From: Nitrospirota bacterium
GTDB lineage: Bacteria > Nitrospirota > JACRHJ01
Assembly (NCBI GenBank): GCA_963733375.1
Contig: CAVTDB010000003.1
Coordinates: 192,001 to 256,000 of the forward strand
Direction: 5' to 3'
Length of the DNA: 64,000 nucleotides
A program made the position numbers and the translations under genes. Of this stretch, positions 18,398 to 29,433 are shown piece by piece. The notes beneath the pieces are model-generated. The model was not told the origin of the DNA and made no database searches. It saw nothing but the letters and a program-made list of their open reading frames with translations. Every line of letters begins with the position of its first letter. Within the stretch, counting starts at the first letter, position 1.

Positions 18398-18559
18398 ATG
18401 AAACGTATGCTGATTGCATTTATTGCAGCCCTTGTAGCGGCGGTATCGCTTTCGGGATGTTTCTTCGTGGAGCGTGACCACGATGACAGATACAGGGACA
18501 GGGACAGATACGAGCACCACGATCGCGACTACGACCACGACCGGGGATACCACCATTAC
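18398..18559 (+). CDS. Small His/Asp/Arg-rich lipoprotein (53 aa, not in ORF track)
   Basis: MKRMLIAFIAALVAAVSLSGC lipobox then FFVERDHDDRYRDRDRYEHHDRDYDHDRGYHH; GAGGGG RBS. Confidence 0.8.
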
Positions 18560-18616
18560 AACGGTTTTTAAACTAAGCAGTGATAATCAGGGCGGTTTCG
18601 GGCCGGACGGGAAAAG

Positions 18617-19348
18617 CTAAAATTCCTCACCCGGCCCAAGATATCTCCACTTCCCTTCAGGCAGGTTCGCGAGCATCACGTTCCCGATACGGACGCGTTT
18701 AAGGCCGGTCACCTTCAGCCCCACCTGCTCGCACATCCTTCGTATCTGGCGCTTTTTCCCTTGCTTTAGTATGAACTTAAGCTGGTCCTCGTTCAGCACG
18801 GTAACGACCGCCTTCTTAAGCAGCGCACCGTCCAGCGAGAGGCCGTGGTTCAGGAGCTTTAAGCCCTGTACGGTGAGTACCCCCTCAACGCGCACGACAT
18901 ACTCCTTCTCCACGTCCGACTTCTCGCCGATGAGCCTCTTCGCCACCCGCCCGTCCTGCGTGAATACGATAAGCCCTTGAGAATCAATGTCTAACCGGCC
19001 CGCGGGAGCGAGGTTCTTCAGGTGGTGCGGCGAGAACTTTATCTTTGACGGGTCCCCCTTGGCGCGGTTCGCGGGAGTGAGCAGGACGGAAGCGGGCTTG
19101 TAGCCCCTCTCCGCCTGGCCGGAGACGTAACCTGCCGGTTTATTCAGGATTATCGTAACCAGCCCGGTCTGCTCGGAGGCGGCTTTTTCGTCGAGAGTTA
19201 TCTCGGCGGAAGGGTCCACCTTGATACCCAGCTCGCTCACGCGAAGTCCGTCGACTAATACCAGGCCCCGCTCGATATACGAGTCCGCTTCGCGCCGGGA
19301 GCAAATCCCGCGCTCGGACATCACTTTTGACAGCCGTATTTTTTCCAT
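18617..19348 (-). CDS. rRNA pseudouridine synthase (RsuA/RluB/RluF family)
   Basis: S4 domain [33 protein letters not shown]. Confidence 0.93.
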   Translation of the reverse strand: MEKIRLSKVMSERGICSRREADSYIERGLVLVDGLRVSELGIKVDPSAEITLDEKAASEQTGLVTIILNKPAGYVSGQAERGYKPASVLLTPANRAKGDPSKIKFSPHHLKNLAPAGRLDIDSQGLIVFTQDGRVAKRLIGEKSDVEKEYVVRVEGVLTVQGLKLLNHGLSLDGALLKKAVVTVLNEDQLKFILKQGKKRQIRRMCEQVGLKVTGLKRVRIGNVMLANLPEGKWRYLGPGEEF

Positions 19349-19364
19349 AAACTCCAGAAAAACC

Positions 19365-19497
19365 GTTACTTTTCTTTCTGTCTTCGCTATCGCTCTGGAC
19401 AGGTAAATCATCTCGCGAGAAAGAAAAGTAACACAAAAGAAAGCGGGGCTTTTCAGTCCAAAAGTTTTTGGCGTTACCTTTTTACAAAAAGGTAACG
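19365..19497 (+). repeat. Dispersed hairpin/mirror repeat, copy 1 (with loop insert)
   Basis: GTTACTTTTCTTTC..GAAAGAAAAGTAAC-AC-AAAAGAAAG plus second hairpin CGTTACCTTTTT/AAAAAGGTAACG. Confidence 0.9.
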
Positions 19498-19505
19498 GTC
19501 TTACG

Positions 19506-19916
19506 CTACTTTACTCCCAGCAGTTCTACTTCGAATTTCAGCGTCGCATTCGGCGGAATGGCCCCGCCCGCGCCCTGCGCACCGTATCCAAGGCTTGGCG
19601 GTATCGTGAGGTTCCGGACTCCGCCTACCTTCATCCCCTGGACTCCCTCGTCCCAGCCCTTTATGACTTCCCCGGCGCCGAGATGAAAGGTGAAGGGCTC
19701 GTTCCTGTCCTTGCTGGAATCGAACTTCTTCCCGTTGGTGAGCCAGCCGGTATAATGTACCGTTACCGTCTGCCCCGCCTTCGCCTCCGCGCCCGTACCC
19801 ACCTTCACGTCATCTATTACGAGTCCGTCCTTCATCTTCTTCTCCTTTGCGCATGCAGCCATCGGTATTACCACGACCAGGACGGCCGCAGCCACGACTA
19901 ACAAAAACTTTTTCAT
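19506..19916 (-). CDS. FKBP-type peptidyl-prolyl isomerase
   Basis: [33 protein letters not shown]. Confidence 0.96.
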   Translation of the reverse strand: MKKFLLVVAAAVLVVVIPMAACAKEKKMKDGLVIDDVKVGTGAEAKAGQTVTVHYTGWLTNGKKFDSSKDRNEPFTFHLGAGEVIKGWDEGVQGMKVGGVRNLTIPPSLGYGAQGAGGAIPPNATLKFEVELLGVK

Positions 19917-19992
19917 TTCCTCCCCTTTCGTAAGAGTTATGTCTTGACCCCCGTAAAGTTTAGTTAATTGGCCGGATTAAGTCAATTTATTC

Positions 19993-20038
19993 TTGACAGG
20001 TTCTGCCTATGGTGTTACGTTTTCTTTAAAAGTATTAC
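19993..20038 (+). promoter_or_regulatory. Promoter with putative NikR operator
   Basis: TTGACA at 19993; GTGTTAC-N13-GTATTAC at 20012-20038, resembling deltaproteobacterial NikR sites as recalled. Confidence 0.6.
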
Positions 20039-20064
20039 TAATTCAGGAAAAACTCAGGACTAAC

Positions 20065-21927
20065 ATGCACATACCCGACGGGTATCTCTCGCCTCAGACA
20101 TTCGTGCCGCTTTACGGCGTTTCCGCGGGTTTCTGGACGGTGGGCTTAAGGAAACTGAAGCGCGAACTGGCCGTGAAGCAGGTGCCTTATCTCTCGATGG
20201 CCGCCGCTTTTTCATTCCTCATCATGATGTTCAACATACCCATCCCCGGCGGCACGTCCGGACACGCCGTCGGTGCGGGGATTATCGCCATACTGCTCGG
20301 GCCGTGGACTGCCGTTATCGCAGTCTCCGTCGTCCTGGTCATACAGGCGCTGGTATTCGGGGACGGCGGCATAACGGCAATCGGCGCTAACTGTTTCAAT
20401 ATGGCAGTCGTCATGCCGTTTGTTTCGTGGTGGGTCTTCCGCGCCTTCGCTGGAAGGGAGAAGGGCGGCTTCAGACTCATGGCGGGCGCGTTCCTGTCAG
20501 GCTGGATAGGTCTTTCCGCCGCCGCCTTCGCCGCGGGAGTGGAGTTAGGCATCCAGCCGGTAATCGCCCACGGTCCGGGCGGCGCGCCGCTTTACGCCCC
20601 CTACCCGCTTTCGATCGCCCTGCCCGCGATGTTCCTGGAGCACCTGCTCGTATTCGGCCTCCTGGAGGGGATCATAACGATGCTCCTGGTGAAATATTTC
20701 TACTCAATGGACCCTGATTTTGCGGCTGCGTCAGCCAGGACGGGGCCGAAATTCAATTGGAAACTCTGGCTGGCCCTGCTGGCTGCTTGCGGCGCTGACC
20801 CCGCTTGGGATTATAATCCCGGAAAAGCTGGGCGGGGGAGCGGCATGGGGTGAGTGGGGGCCGGAGAAGCTTCGGCGAGATGTATCGGTTACGTCCCTGC
20901 CGGGTTACAGAAGATGAACACGCTGTGGAACCCCCCCATACCCGATTACGGTACTGGCGCCGGGGCGGCCGCATCCGGCGCCGGCGGATACTTGGCGTCG
21001 GGGTTCGCCGGCGCGGTCCTGGCGGTAGCAATAATTTACGTCCTCGTGAGGCTTTTGAGGGGCGGGCCTAAGGCCCCGCGCTCGTATCTTGAGAAAAGCC
21101 TTGACCATATAGCGAAGTTGGTGAAGAACTCGTACGTGCAGTGGGAGCTTTCATCCCGCAAGGGTTTTTTTCAGGAGCTGGACGCGCGGGTAAAGGTTAT
21201 ATTCATGCTTTTGATGCTCATAGCGGTAAACGTCCGCAAGGACCTGCCCACGGAGCTGATTATAGCGGCCTTTGTCCTTATCCTCGCGCTGGCGTCGGGG
21301 GTCGGCCTTAAAGTCATGTATGCCCGGGTGGCCTTCGTCGGGTTCTTTTTCGGCTTCCTTATCGCCCTGCCGTCTTCACTGAACGTAATCACGCCGGGCA
21401 GGGTAGTGTTGCCTCTGCTGTCTCTCCACGAGGCCCACTCGCTCTGGATATATAAAATACCGAAAGAGGTCGGAGTGACGGCCGGGGGGCTATTCGGCGT
21501 GGCAATGCTTACCTTGCGCGTGATAAACTCCGTGTCGCTTGCCATGCTCGTCCTTTTTACCACCCCGTTCACGGAGATAATGCGCGCGCTTAAGATGTTC
21601 CGGGTGCCGGACTCCGTACTGGCGGTCGTCAACCTCACTTATAAATACATCTTTATTTTCGCAAATACCGTGGAGGACATGCACCTGGCGAAGATGAGCA
21701 GGACCGCCGGGGCGCTGGACGGCTCCGAGGCCAGGCGGTGGGCGGCTGGCAGGATGGGCATTATTTTCAAGAAGACTCAAGGGAAGTGCGACGAGATATT
21801 CAAGGCCATGTTGGCTCGCGGGTTTACGGGTGAGATAAAGCTCCGGGGCGGGGGGTCTATGAAAAAATCGGATTGGCTGGTTTTGACGGCAGCGCTAACG
21901 GCAGGTATTGTCCTGATAATCGTTTGA
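20065..21927 (+). CDS. Ni/Co ECF transporter CbiM/NikM + PDGLE-like + CbiQ/NikQ (frameshifted, possibly one fused gene)
   Basis: MHIPDGYL N-terminus, GGTSGHAVG; WGEW..PIPDY; LDARVK..YKYIF..AMLARGF. Confidence 0.85.
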
Positions 21928-21937
21928 GGGATAAAAA

Positions 21938-22747
21938 ATGGAGACCGCGGTTAAGGCGGAAAACGTAAGCTACAGCTATTACGGCAAGATAGCCGCCCTC
22001 CGCGGCGTGAACATCGAGATAGGCCGCGGGGACCGGCTGGCAATCATCGGCTCCAACGGATGCGGGAAGTCAACACTGCTTCAGACGCTGGACGGGCTGA
22101 TAACTCCCGATACGGGCAAAGTCTTTTACATGGGCCGGGAACTCAGCCAGGAAAGCCTGAAGGAACGGGAGTTCCAGAAATTCTTTCGCGGCGGGATGGG
22201 CTACGTCTTCCAGGACTCGGACGTCCAGCTCTTCTGCCCGACGGTGCTGGACGAGATGGTGTTCGGCCCGATGCAGCTTGGGCTCTCCGAGGAAGAGTCG
22301 CTCTCAAGAGCCCACCGCGTGATGGCCGACCTGGGTGTGGAGGCGCTCAAGGACCGTCCGTCTTATATGCTTTCGGGAGGCGAGAAAAAGCGCGTGGCGC
22401 TCGGGTCCGTGCTGGTGATGGACCCGGAGGTCCTGCTCCTGGACGAGCCGACAAGCGGGCTGGACCCGAAGTCCCAGATGTTCTTAATCGAGCTGATGTT
22501 CAGCCTGAACCAGGCCGGGAAAACCATCGTGGTGGCGACGCACGACCTGGCGCTGGTTGACGAGTTAAACGGTACGGTCGCGGTGCTCTCCGAAGAGCAC
22601 AGGATTGAGAAGGTCGGCCCGGCGGACGTCGTGCTTTCCGACCAGGAACTCCTGCTGAAGGTTAACCTGATCCACGAACACGTCCATGCCCACGGCGGCA
22701 CTACCCACCGCCACGTCCATTCCCACTACCAGTTCCACAGGCATTAA
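21938..22747 (+). CDS. cbiO: ECF transporter ATPase with His-rich tail
   Basis: GSNGCGKST, LSGGEKKR, LLLDEPT. Confidence 0.9.
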   Translation: METAVKAENVSYSYYGKIAALRGVNIEIGRGDRLAIIGSNGCGKSTLLQTLDGLITPDTGKVFYMGRELSQESLKEREFQKFFRGGMGYVFQDSDVQLFCPTVLDEMVFGPMQLGLSEEESLSRAHRVMADLGVEALKDRPSYMLSGGEKKRVALGSVLVMDPEVLLLDEPTSGLDPKSQMFLIELMFSLNQAGKTIVVATHDLALVDELNGTVAVLSEEHRIEKVGPADVVLSDQELLLKVNLIHEHVHAHGGTTHRHVHSHYQFHRH

Positions 22748-22788
22748 ATAATTTAAAATTTCCATTCCAGATGGTATCCTATCTCTAA

Positions 22789-25700
22789 ATGGGAATTCTT
22801 GAATCTATCATATCCGGAGATGAAGGGCTTTCCCGATATCTCGCCGGAAAAGGCTTCTCCGACCCCGCGAAAGCCGTCTCGAACCTGCGGCTCATCTCCG
22901 AGAGGGTGGACGAGGGGCTCTTAAGAGAAAACCTCACGCCGCTTGTCCATTACTGTTCGCGCTCGGCGAACCCCGATGTCTGCCTCAACAACTTCGAGAG
23001 GGTCTGCGCCGCCTTCCCGACGCCGGCCGATTTTTTTAAATCAATAGCCGGCCGGCCGGACGCCCTGAAGGTCCTGGCCCCGCTCTTCGCCTCGTCTTTG
23101 TTCCTCGTGAGGTTTATCCTGTCGGAGCCCTTGCATCTGGTCAACTGGCTGACCGGGCCGGGAGTGCTGGACGCGCCCCGGGATAGAGAGGCAGTACGGA
23201 AAGAAATGTTGACGGCATGCCCGCCGCAGACGCCGCTCGTTGATGCATCAAGACTGCTGAGAAGATTTAAATACACCGAGTTCCTCCGGATTACCGCGCG
23301 CGACCTGCTTGGAATCGCGGGGGTTTCGGAGACCACGGCGGAGCTGTCCAACCTGGCGGACGCGGTCCTGGAGGCGGCGTATCGCGCGGGCCGCCATATA
23401 CTTGACAAAAAATACGGACTGCCCCAATACAAAGCTTCGAGCGGGAAAACGTCCCGCTGTCCGTTTACCGTCATAGCGATGGGGAAGCTTGGCGGACGGG
23501 AGCTGAACTTCTCGTCGGACATCGACATACTGTTTTTATATGGAAAGGACGGGAACACGTCCGGCCCCCAGGTAATAACCAACCACCAGTACTTTGTGGA
23601 ACTCTCCGAGATCATCGTGAAGCTTATCGGGGAGAGAACGCCCGACGGGTTCGTGTTCCGTGTGGATACGCGCCTGCGGCCCGAAGGTGAAAGGGGCGAC
23701 CTTGCCCAGAGCCTCGCCGGATACGAGACCTATTACGAGTCCTGGGGCCGCACCTGGGAACGCTCCGCGCTTATCAAGGCGCGCCCGTGCGCCGGGGACA
23801 TGGAACTTGGACGCGATTTCATCCTTGCCCTCAGGCCGTTCGTATTCAGGAAATATCTCGATTACTCAGCCATCGCCGAAATCCGGGACTTGAAGCTCCG
23901 CATCGAAAGCTCGCCGTCGCACGAGGCAAAGGCCCTGGACGTAAAGCTCGGTCCCGGAGGCATCAGGGAGATAGAATTTTTTATATCCACCCTGCATCTC
24001 GTTTATGGAGGCCGCGAGCCGGGTATCCGGGAGCTGGGCACGCTCCGGGCGCTCCACCGGCTTGCGCTTGCGGGCCTTATAACATTCGGGGAACAGGGCG
24101 AGCTCTCCCGCGCGTACGAGTTCCTGCGTCTTGCCGAGCACAGGCTCCAGGTGGTGGACGAGAGGCAGGTCCACTCCTGTCCCCGAAACGATGAAAGCAT
24201 CCGGGCGCTGGCGCTTCGGATGGGATACCGGGATGCGGGGGAGAAGGACGCGGGGGCGGCGTTCATTGAAGACTTCAAAAAGCATACCGGGAAAGTGCGC
24301 GAGATATATGACAGGCTCTTCATGGAACAGCCTGTTGACGTGCGGGAACGGGGCGCCGGAAGCGAATTTGAGCGACTGCTGTCGGAGGATTTAACCGAGC
24401 GGGAAGCGGTGGAGACCTTCCGTCTGGCCGGTTTCAAAGACACGCGCCAGGCATACCGGAATTTTATTCTGCTGAAGGAAGGCACGTCGGAGAGCCCGAT
24501 CACCCCGAGGAGCAGGAACCTTTTCCTCAGGATACTCCCGGCGCTCCTCACGGGTTGCAAGGACGCGCCCGACCCGGACATGGCCTTGAACAACCTGGAG
24601 TCTTTCATAACCTCTTTCGGTTCGCGGGAAGCTATCCACGACCTTGTGACCGAGACACCTCAGGCGGCGGAGCGGATGACCAGGCTGTTCGGTTCGAGCG
24701 AATATTTCTCGCGCCTTCTTGTCTCCCGTCCGGAGATGAGCGACGCGCTTCTCTTCATGGACCCGGGCAGACTTAAAAAGTCCAAAGAAGAATTATCCCG
24801 TGAGCTTGCGGCTAATCTGTCTCACTCCGAGAGTTTCGCGGCCAGGATGGACGCGCTACGCGAGTTCAAGCAATCGGAAGAGCTGCGGGTGGGAATCCGG
24901 GACGTATTCATGGACCCGGGCTGGGTAGAAATCTCGTCTGAATTATCGGCTCTTGCGGAAGTCGTACTGGAAGCGGCTCTTCTGGCCTCAGTCCGGGACA
25001 TGGGTGAGAAATACGGCCTGCCTAAGGACGTGGAAAACGCCAGGGATATCGCGGTAATCGGCTTCGGGAAACTGGGCGGACGGGAGCTGATTTACGGTTC
25101 GGACCTGGACATAACCTTCATCCACGGGAAATTCGCGCCAAACATCTCAGGGAGGGAACATCGGCGGACATGAATTTTACGACCGTCTCTCCGAACGTGT
25201 AATTTTCGCGTTGACCGCGCTGACGCATGAAGGCACGGCATACCGGGTGGACTTAAGGCTTAGGCCGGGCGGCTCCAAGGGTATGCTTACCCATACGCTG
25301 GACGGGCTCACGGAATATTACGCCGCGGCCCCGGTCTGGGAGTTGCAGGCTTTAACCCGCGCGCGCGGGATTGCGGGCGATAAGGAGTTGCTCGCGGGGT
25401 TTGAGCGGATGCGTCAACTTATTCTATCTGCGGCCAGAGAGAAAACGTCACTGGCAAACGAAGTACTGTCCATGCGAAGACGCCTGGAGCGCGAGTCCGC
25501 GAAAAGCAAGGGGATAGACATAAAACGGGGCAGAGGCGGCATCGTGGACGTCGAGTTCGCTGTGCAGTACTTGCAGCTCCTGCACGGACGGACGCACCCG
25601 GAATTACTGGTGCCGGGGACGCTTGCCGCGCTCGATGAGATTATTGAGCAGAAGACTTGTCCCGAAGGCGGAAGGGGCGGCATTTCGCAGTTCATATTTC

Positions 25701-25904
25701 TTTATGAAAGAGCTGGAGTCGCGTCTTCGGATGATAATGGGGGCCGCAGAAACGACGCTCCCGCCGGACGAGGAGAAGCTGGAGCTGACTTCCGCGAGGA
25801 TGGGCTATAAAGGACATGGCCCGGACGCGGCAAAGGCCCTTCTTCACGATTATCAAAAGCATGCCGCGCGGATAAGAGAGATTTTTGATAGAATAATCTC
25901 ATAG
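22789..25904 (+). CDS. glnE: Glutamine synthetase adenylyltransferase (frameshifted)
   Basis: Two NT domains: MGKLGGRELNFSSDID, FGKLGGRELIYGSDLD; RVDTRLRPEG; GGIVDVEFAVQ. Confidence 0.93.
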
Positions 25905-25936
25905 CTTTTAGCGTAAATGCCGGTTTTTATACCCGG

Positions 25937-25976
25937 CTTTCTTTTGGTACTTTTCTTTCACCCGAAAGAAAAGTAC
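25937..25976 (-). repeat. Dispersed repeat copy 2
   Basis: CTTTCTTTT-G-GTACTTTTCTTTC-ACCC-GAAAGAAAAGTAC. Confidence 0.85.
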
Positions 25977-25997
25977 GACTTTGCAAGGAGGCGTTTG

Positions 25998-27119
25998 ATG
26001 TCCAAAGGTGTATTTCACGTCCGCGCGCGGCACACGCTGGGACTACCGCTACAGCGTCCTTGGGCGCTTCGAGAGGATGCTCGGTGAATGCGGCCTGATG
26101 AATTCGACAAGGGCGAGTACGTTGCGGTAAAGACGCACTTCGGCTCCGAGGGCGCGCACCGGATTGTAAGGCCATCGTTCCTCAGGAAAACGACCGACGC
26201 CGTAAAGAACGCGGGCGGAAAACCCTTCGTAACGGACACCGTGCGGATTATGGGCGTGGATTATCTGGAGGTAGCCAATTCAAACGGAATAAACCACCTG
26301 TCCGTAGGCGCGCCGGTGATCCTCGCGGACGGTCCGTTCGGCAAGGACAGCCTGATAATAGCCGCGCCGGGTGACATACTGGGCGAGATTGCCGTCGCGT
26401 CCGCCATTCACGACGCACCCGCGATGGTAGTCTGCTCGCATGTCAAGGGGCATATACAGGCGGGATATGCCGGGGCGTTAAAGAACCTCGCAATGGGCGG
26501 GGTCTCGGCGGCGCACAGGGAAGGCGGCTGGAAGAAGGGGCGCGGGCACATGCACTGCCATGGAGAAGTGCCTCTTTCGTGGGACCCGGAGGTCTGTACG
26601 TACTGCCAGCAGTGCGAGAACGTCTGCCCGAAGGACGCCATAAAATTCGTTGACGAGAAGCTCGTGCACGACGCGTCCCAGTGCTGGTTCTGCGGGAGGT
26701 GCGTCCGCGTCTGCCCGTCCGGCGGGCTGACCCTTCCGGTGGACGACGAGACATTCCAGAAATCGCTTGCCGAGAGCGCCGGCGCGGTGCTTTCCACGTT
26801 CAAGCCGGGCAGGGTAATCTATATCAATTTCATGTTCGAGATCCAGCCGGAGTGCGACTGCATGCCGTCTTGCGACACGCCGATGCTCCAGGACCAGGGG
26901 ATACTGATTTCGGACGATCTGGTCGCCATTGAACAGGCAACTGTCGATATGCTCCGGAAGGCAAACCCTCTGCCGCAGTCGGCGGCCCAGGAGCGGGAAT
27001 GCAAACCCGGTGACGACGTGATGAGCATGGTGAACCCGAGGAACTACTCCCTGTGCATCGAACACGCCGAGAAGCTCGGCCTGGGCAGCAGGGAGTATGC
27101 GTTGGAGGAAATTACTTAA
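25998..27119 (+). CDS. DUF362 Fe-S protein with 2x[4Fe-4S] ferredoxin domain (5' frameshift)
   Basis: VAVKTHFG, SHVKGH..GALKNLAMG, two CxxCxxCxxxCP, PECDC, DQGIL. Confidence 0.88.
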
Positions 27120-27123
27120 AGTC

Positions 27124-27215
27124 GTTACTTTTCTTTCGGGTGAAAGAAAAGTAACACAAAAGAAAGCCGGACAGTTTAAAAGTTTTTGGCGCTACCTTTT
27201 TACCAAAAAGGTAGC
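27124..27215 (+). repeat. Dispersed repeat copy 3
   Basis: Both hairpins present; second stem GCTACC/GGTAGC. Confidence 0.9.
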
Positions 27216-27222
27216 AAAGGTC

Positions 27223-27622
27223 TTACGGCCCCTGCACCGTCCGGAGCATGTTATAAACGAACAGAACTATAGAGATGAACATCACCACGCCGAAGACGAT
27301 AAGTATCTCGTTTCCGCCTGGATTACCAGGCTGCGCAGCAGCCAGCCGATTGCCATCCCCATCATGCCCGCGGACGCCAGCCAGAACTGGACGGTCATCA
27401 GTTTCCGGTTGAATATGGGCTTGCCGGAGAACCTGGGAAGGATATGGTAGCCCACGCCGAATATCATCATGGACATCCAGCCGATCAGGTTCATGTGGAC
27501 GTGCAGGGAAATCCTGTCCTGGTTGGCCGAATCAGGGAAAAAAGAAAGATGACTCCGAGCAGCGTGCCCAGCAGGAAATAGATGACGCTCTGGCGAATAA
27601 ACCAGACGACTTCCTTATCCAT
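27223..27622 (-). CDS. Small 4-TM protein resembling a heme-copper oxidase subunit I fragment (frameshifted)
   Basis: HVHMNLIGWMSMMIFGVGYHILPRFSG. Confidence 0.65.
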
Positions 27623-27753
27623 TTAAAAGACCTCCAATATGTTATCGGGAGGGAGCATTCTCTTTCGAAAAATTATTATTCACAATTACGCTTTAACCGC
27701 TGCCGTTCTGTTTTACGTTCAACGATAATTTTTCTCCGAGAATACTCCTTCCC

Positions 27754-27891
27754 TTAGTGGGCTCCGTGGATGAACATCGGCAGGCAGCGCGCGCACACCC
27801 AGACCGCCTTTCCTTCCTGTTCGCACGATATCAGAAGCTTCGCCGAGCTGTCCGCCCCGCAACTTACGCATATATGTTTTTCCTCTGCCAT
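27754..27891 (-). CDS. 45-aa CxxC..CxxC metal-binding protein
   Basis: MAEEKHICVSCG...WVCARCLPMFIHGAH; GGAGG RBS. Confidence 0.75.
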   Translation of the reverse strand: MAEEKHICVSCGADSSAKLLISCEQEGKAVWVCARCLPMFIHGAH

Positions 27892-27916
27892 GCCGATTAC
27901 CTCCGTTGAAAATTCC

Positions 27917-28005
27917 GTCCTTTTCTTTCTGTCTTCGCTTTCTGTCTTCGCTTTCGCTCTGGACAGGCAAATCATAATCGAGAAAGAAAAAGGACCAAAA
28001 GAAAG
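27917..28005 (+). repeat. Dispersed repeat copy 4 (with loop insert)
   Basis: GTCCTTTTCTTTC..GAAAGAAAAAGGAC-C-AAAAGAAAG. Confidence 0.85.
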
Positions 28006-28094
28006 CTGGGCTATTAACCAGGGCTATTCACACCAATTTATCATCTCCCAGTGCCGGGGTCGCTGATTTCGCGCTGGTTAATAGATGATATTTG

Positions 28095-29411
28095 TCAGGC
28101 CCGGCCCTCGCGAAAGGTGAAGAAGTCATAGATGAACATATATGCCCCGGCGGCGAACCAGCAGGCCGCGACCAAGTCCACGATGAACCAGATCCGCATG
28201 TAGTCCTGAGTAGTGAGGAAGTCTATCCCTACCACCCTGTTAAGATAAGCCTGCACAATGCCTGCGACGGCCAGCGCAAGCCCCATCAGGAACATCCCGG
28301 AGACCATAGCCCAGAAAGAGAACATCCCCCGCCACTGGTTGTAGTTCTCATGGCCTTTAAGCTTCGGAAGGGCGAAATAGAACATCGTGAAGTTCAGCAT
28401 GGCATAAGCTCCGAAGAACGCCATATGACCATGCGACGCGGTAACCTGGGTGCCGTGCGACCACTGGTTTATCTGCGGGAGCGTATGCGCGAAGCCCCAT
28501 ACCCCCGCTCCGACGAAATGGAACCACGCCCCGCCTACCACCCAATAGAGCGCGACCCGGTTGGTTATCTCTATCTTCTTCTGACGGACGTGGCGCATCG
28601 TGTCCATCACCATGAGCAGTATCGGGAGCGGCTCCAGGGCCGAGAATGCCCCGCCCCACCAGTACCAGTACTTCGGCGTCCCTATCCAGTAGTAATGGTG
28701 CCCGGTGCCGATTATGCCGGTAAAAAGCACCAGCCCCACTTCCACGTAAAGCCACTTCTCTATATGTACCCTTTCGATGCCCGTGAGCTTCAGGAGCAGG
28801 AACGCGAGTATCGCCCCCGCGATAAGTTCCCAGGCCCCCTCCACCCAGAGATGAATCACCCACCACCAGAAGAAATACTGCGTGGAGAGGTTTTTCATGA
28901 AGAATATGCCGAATAGGAACATCACGGCCAGGAAAACCATCCCGGCCAGAAGCACCCCCTGTATCGCGGTCCATTTGCCGGTCTTCAATATCGTCATGAA
29001 TACGTTGAAAAGGAATATGAGCGCGGCTATCACTATGACCACTTTAATTATCGTCGGCTGCTCCAGAAACGGCATCCCCCACGAGTAGCCAAGCAGGTAA
29101 GAGACTACGGCCGACACCCCTGCCGCGGCCAGCAGCCAGAACTGGAGCCTTGCCAGTCTCACGCTGTAAAGCTCAGTCTCGGACTCCTCCGGGATCATAT
29201 AATACGTGCCGCCCATGAAACCCAGCAGGAGCCAGAACACGAGGAGGTTTATGTGGATTGCGCGCGAGGTATTGAACGGGATGTAGTAAAGAAGCGGGTC
29301 CGGCCATATGTACTTGACGATTGTCAGGAGGCCGAATATTATCTGGAGTCCGAATAACAGGACCGCCAGGACGAAGTACGGGTAAGCTTCTTTCTGCGTC
29401 GCGCGGGTCAT
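28095..29411 (-). CDS. norB: Nitric oxide reductase large subunit (cNOR)
   Basis: RAIHINL, WWWVIHLWVEGAWE, GTGHHYYWIG, SALEP, SHGHMAFFG. Confidence 0.95.
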   Translation of the reverse strand: MTRATQKEAYPYFVLAVLLFGLQIIFGLLTIVKYIWPDPLLYYIPFNTSRAIHINLLVFWLLLGFMGGTYYMIPEESETELYSVRLARLQFWLLAAAGVSAVVSYLLGYSWGMPFLEQPTIIKVVIVIAALIFLFNVFMTILKTGKWTAIQGVLLAGMVFLAVMFLFGIFFMKNLSTQYFFWWWVIHLWVEGAWELIAGAILAFLLLKLTGIERVHIEKWLYVEVGLVLFTGIIGTGHHYYWIGTPKYWYWWGGAFSALEPLPILLMVMDTMRHVRQKKIEITNRVALYWVVGGAWFHFVGAGVWGFAHTLPQINQWSHGTQVTASHGHMAFFGAYAMLNFTMFYFALPKLKGHENYNQWRGMFSFWAMVSGMFLMGLALAVAGIVQAYLNRVVGIDFLTTQDYMRIWFIVDLVAACWFAAGAYMFIYDFFTFREGRA

Positions 29412-29433
29412 GTTAAAGGGCTCCTCCCAGAGT

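Noticed and set aside
28011-28084. 11-bp inverted repeat CTATTAACCAG/CTGGTTAATAG after norB
   Set aside because: Single occurrence, no target duplication; insufficient to call a MITE or operator.
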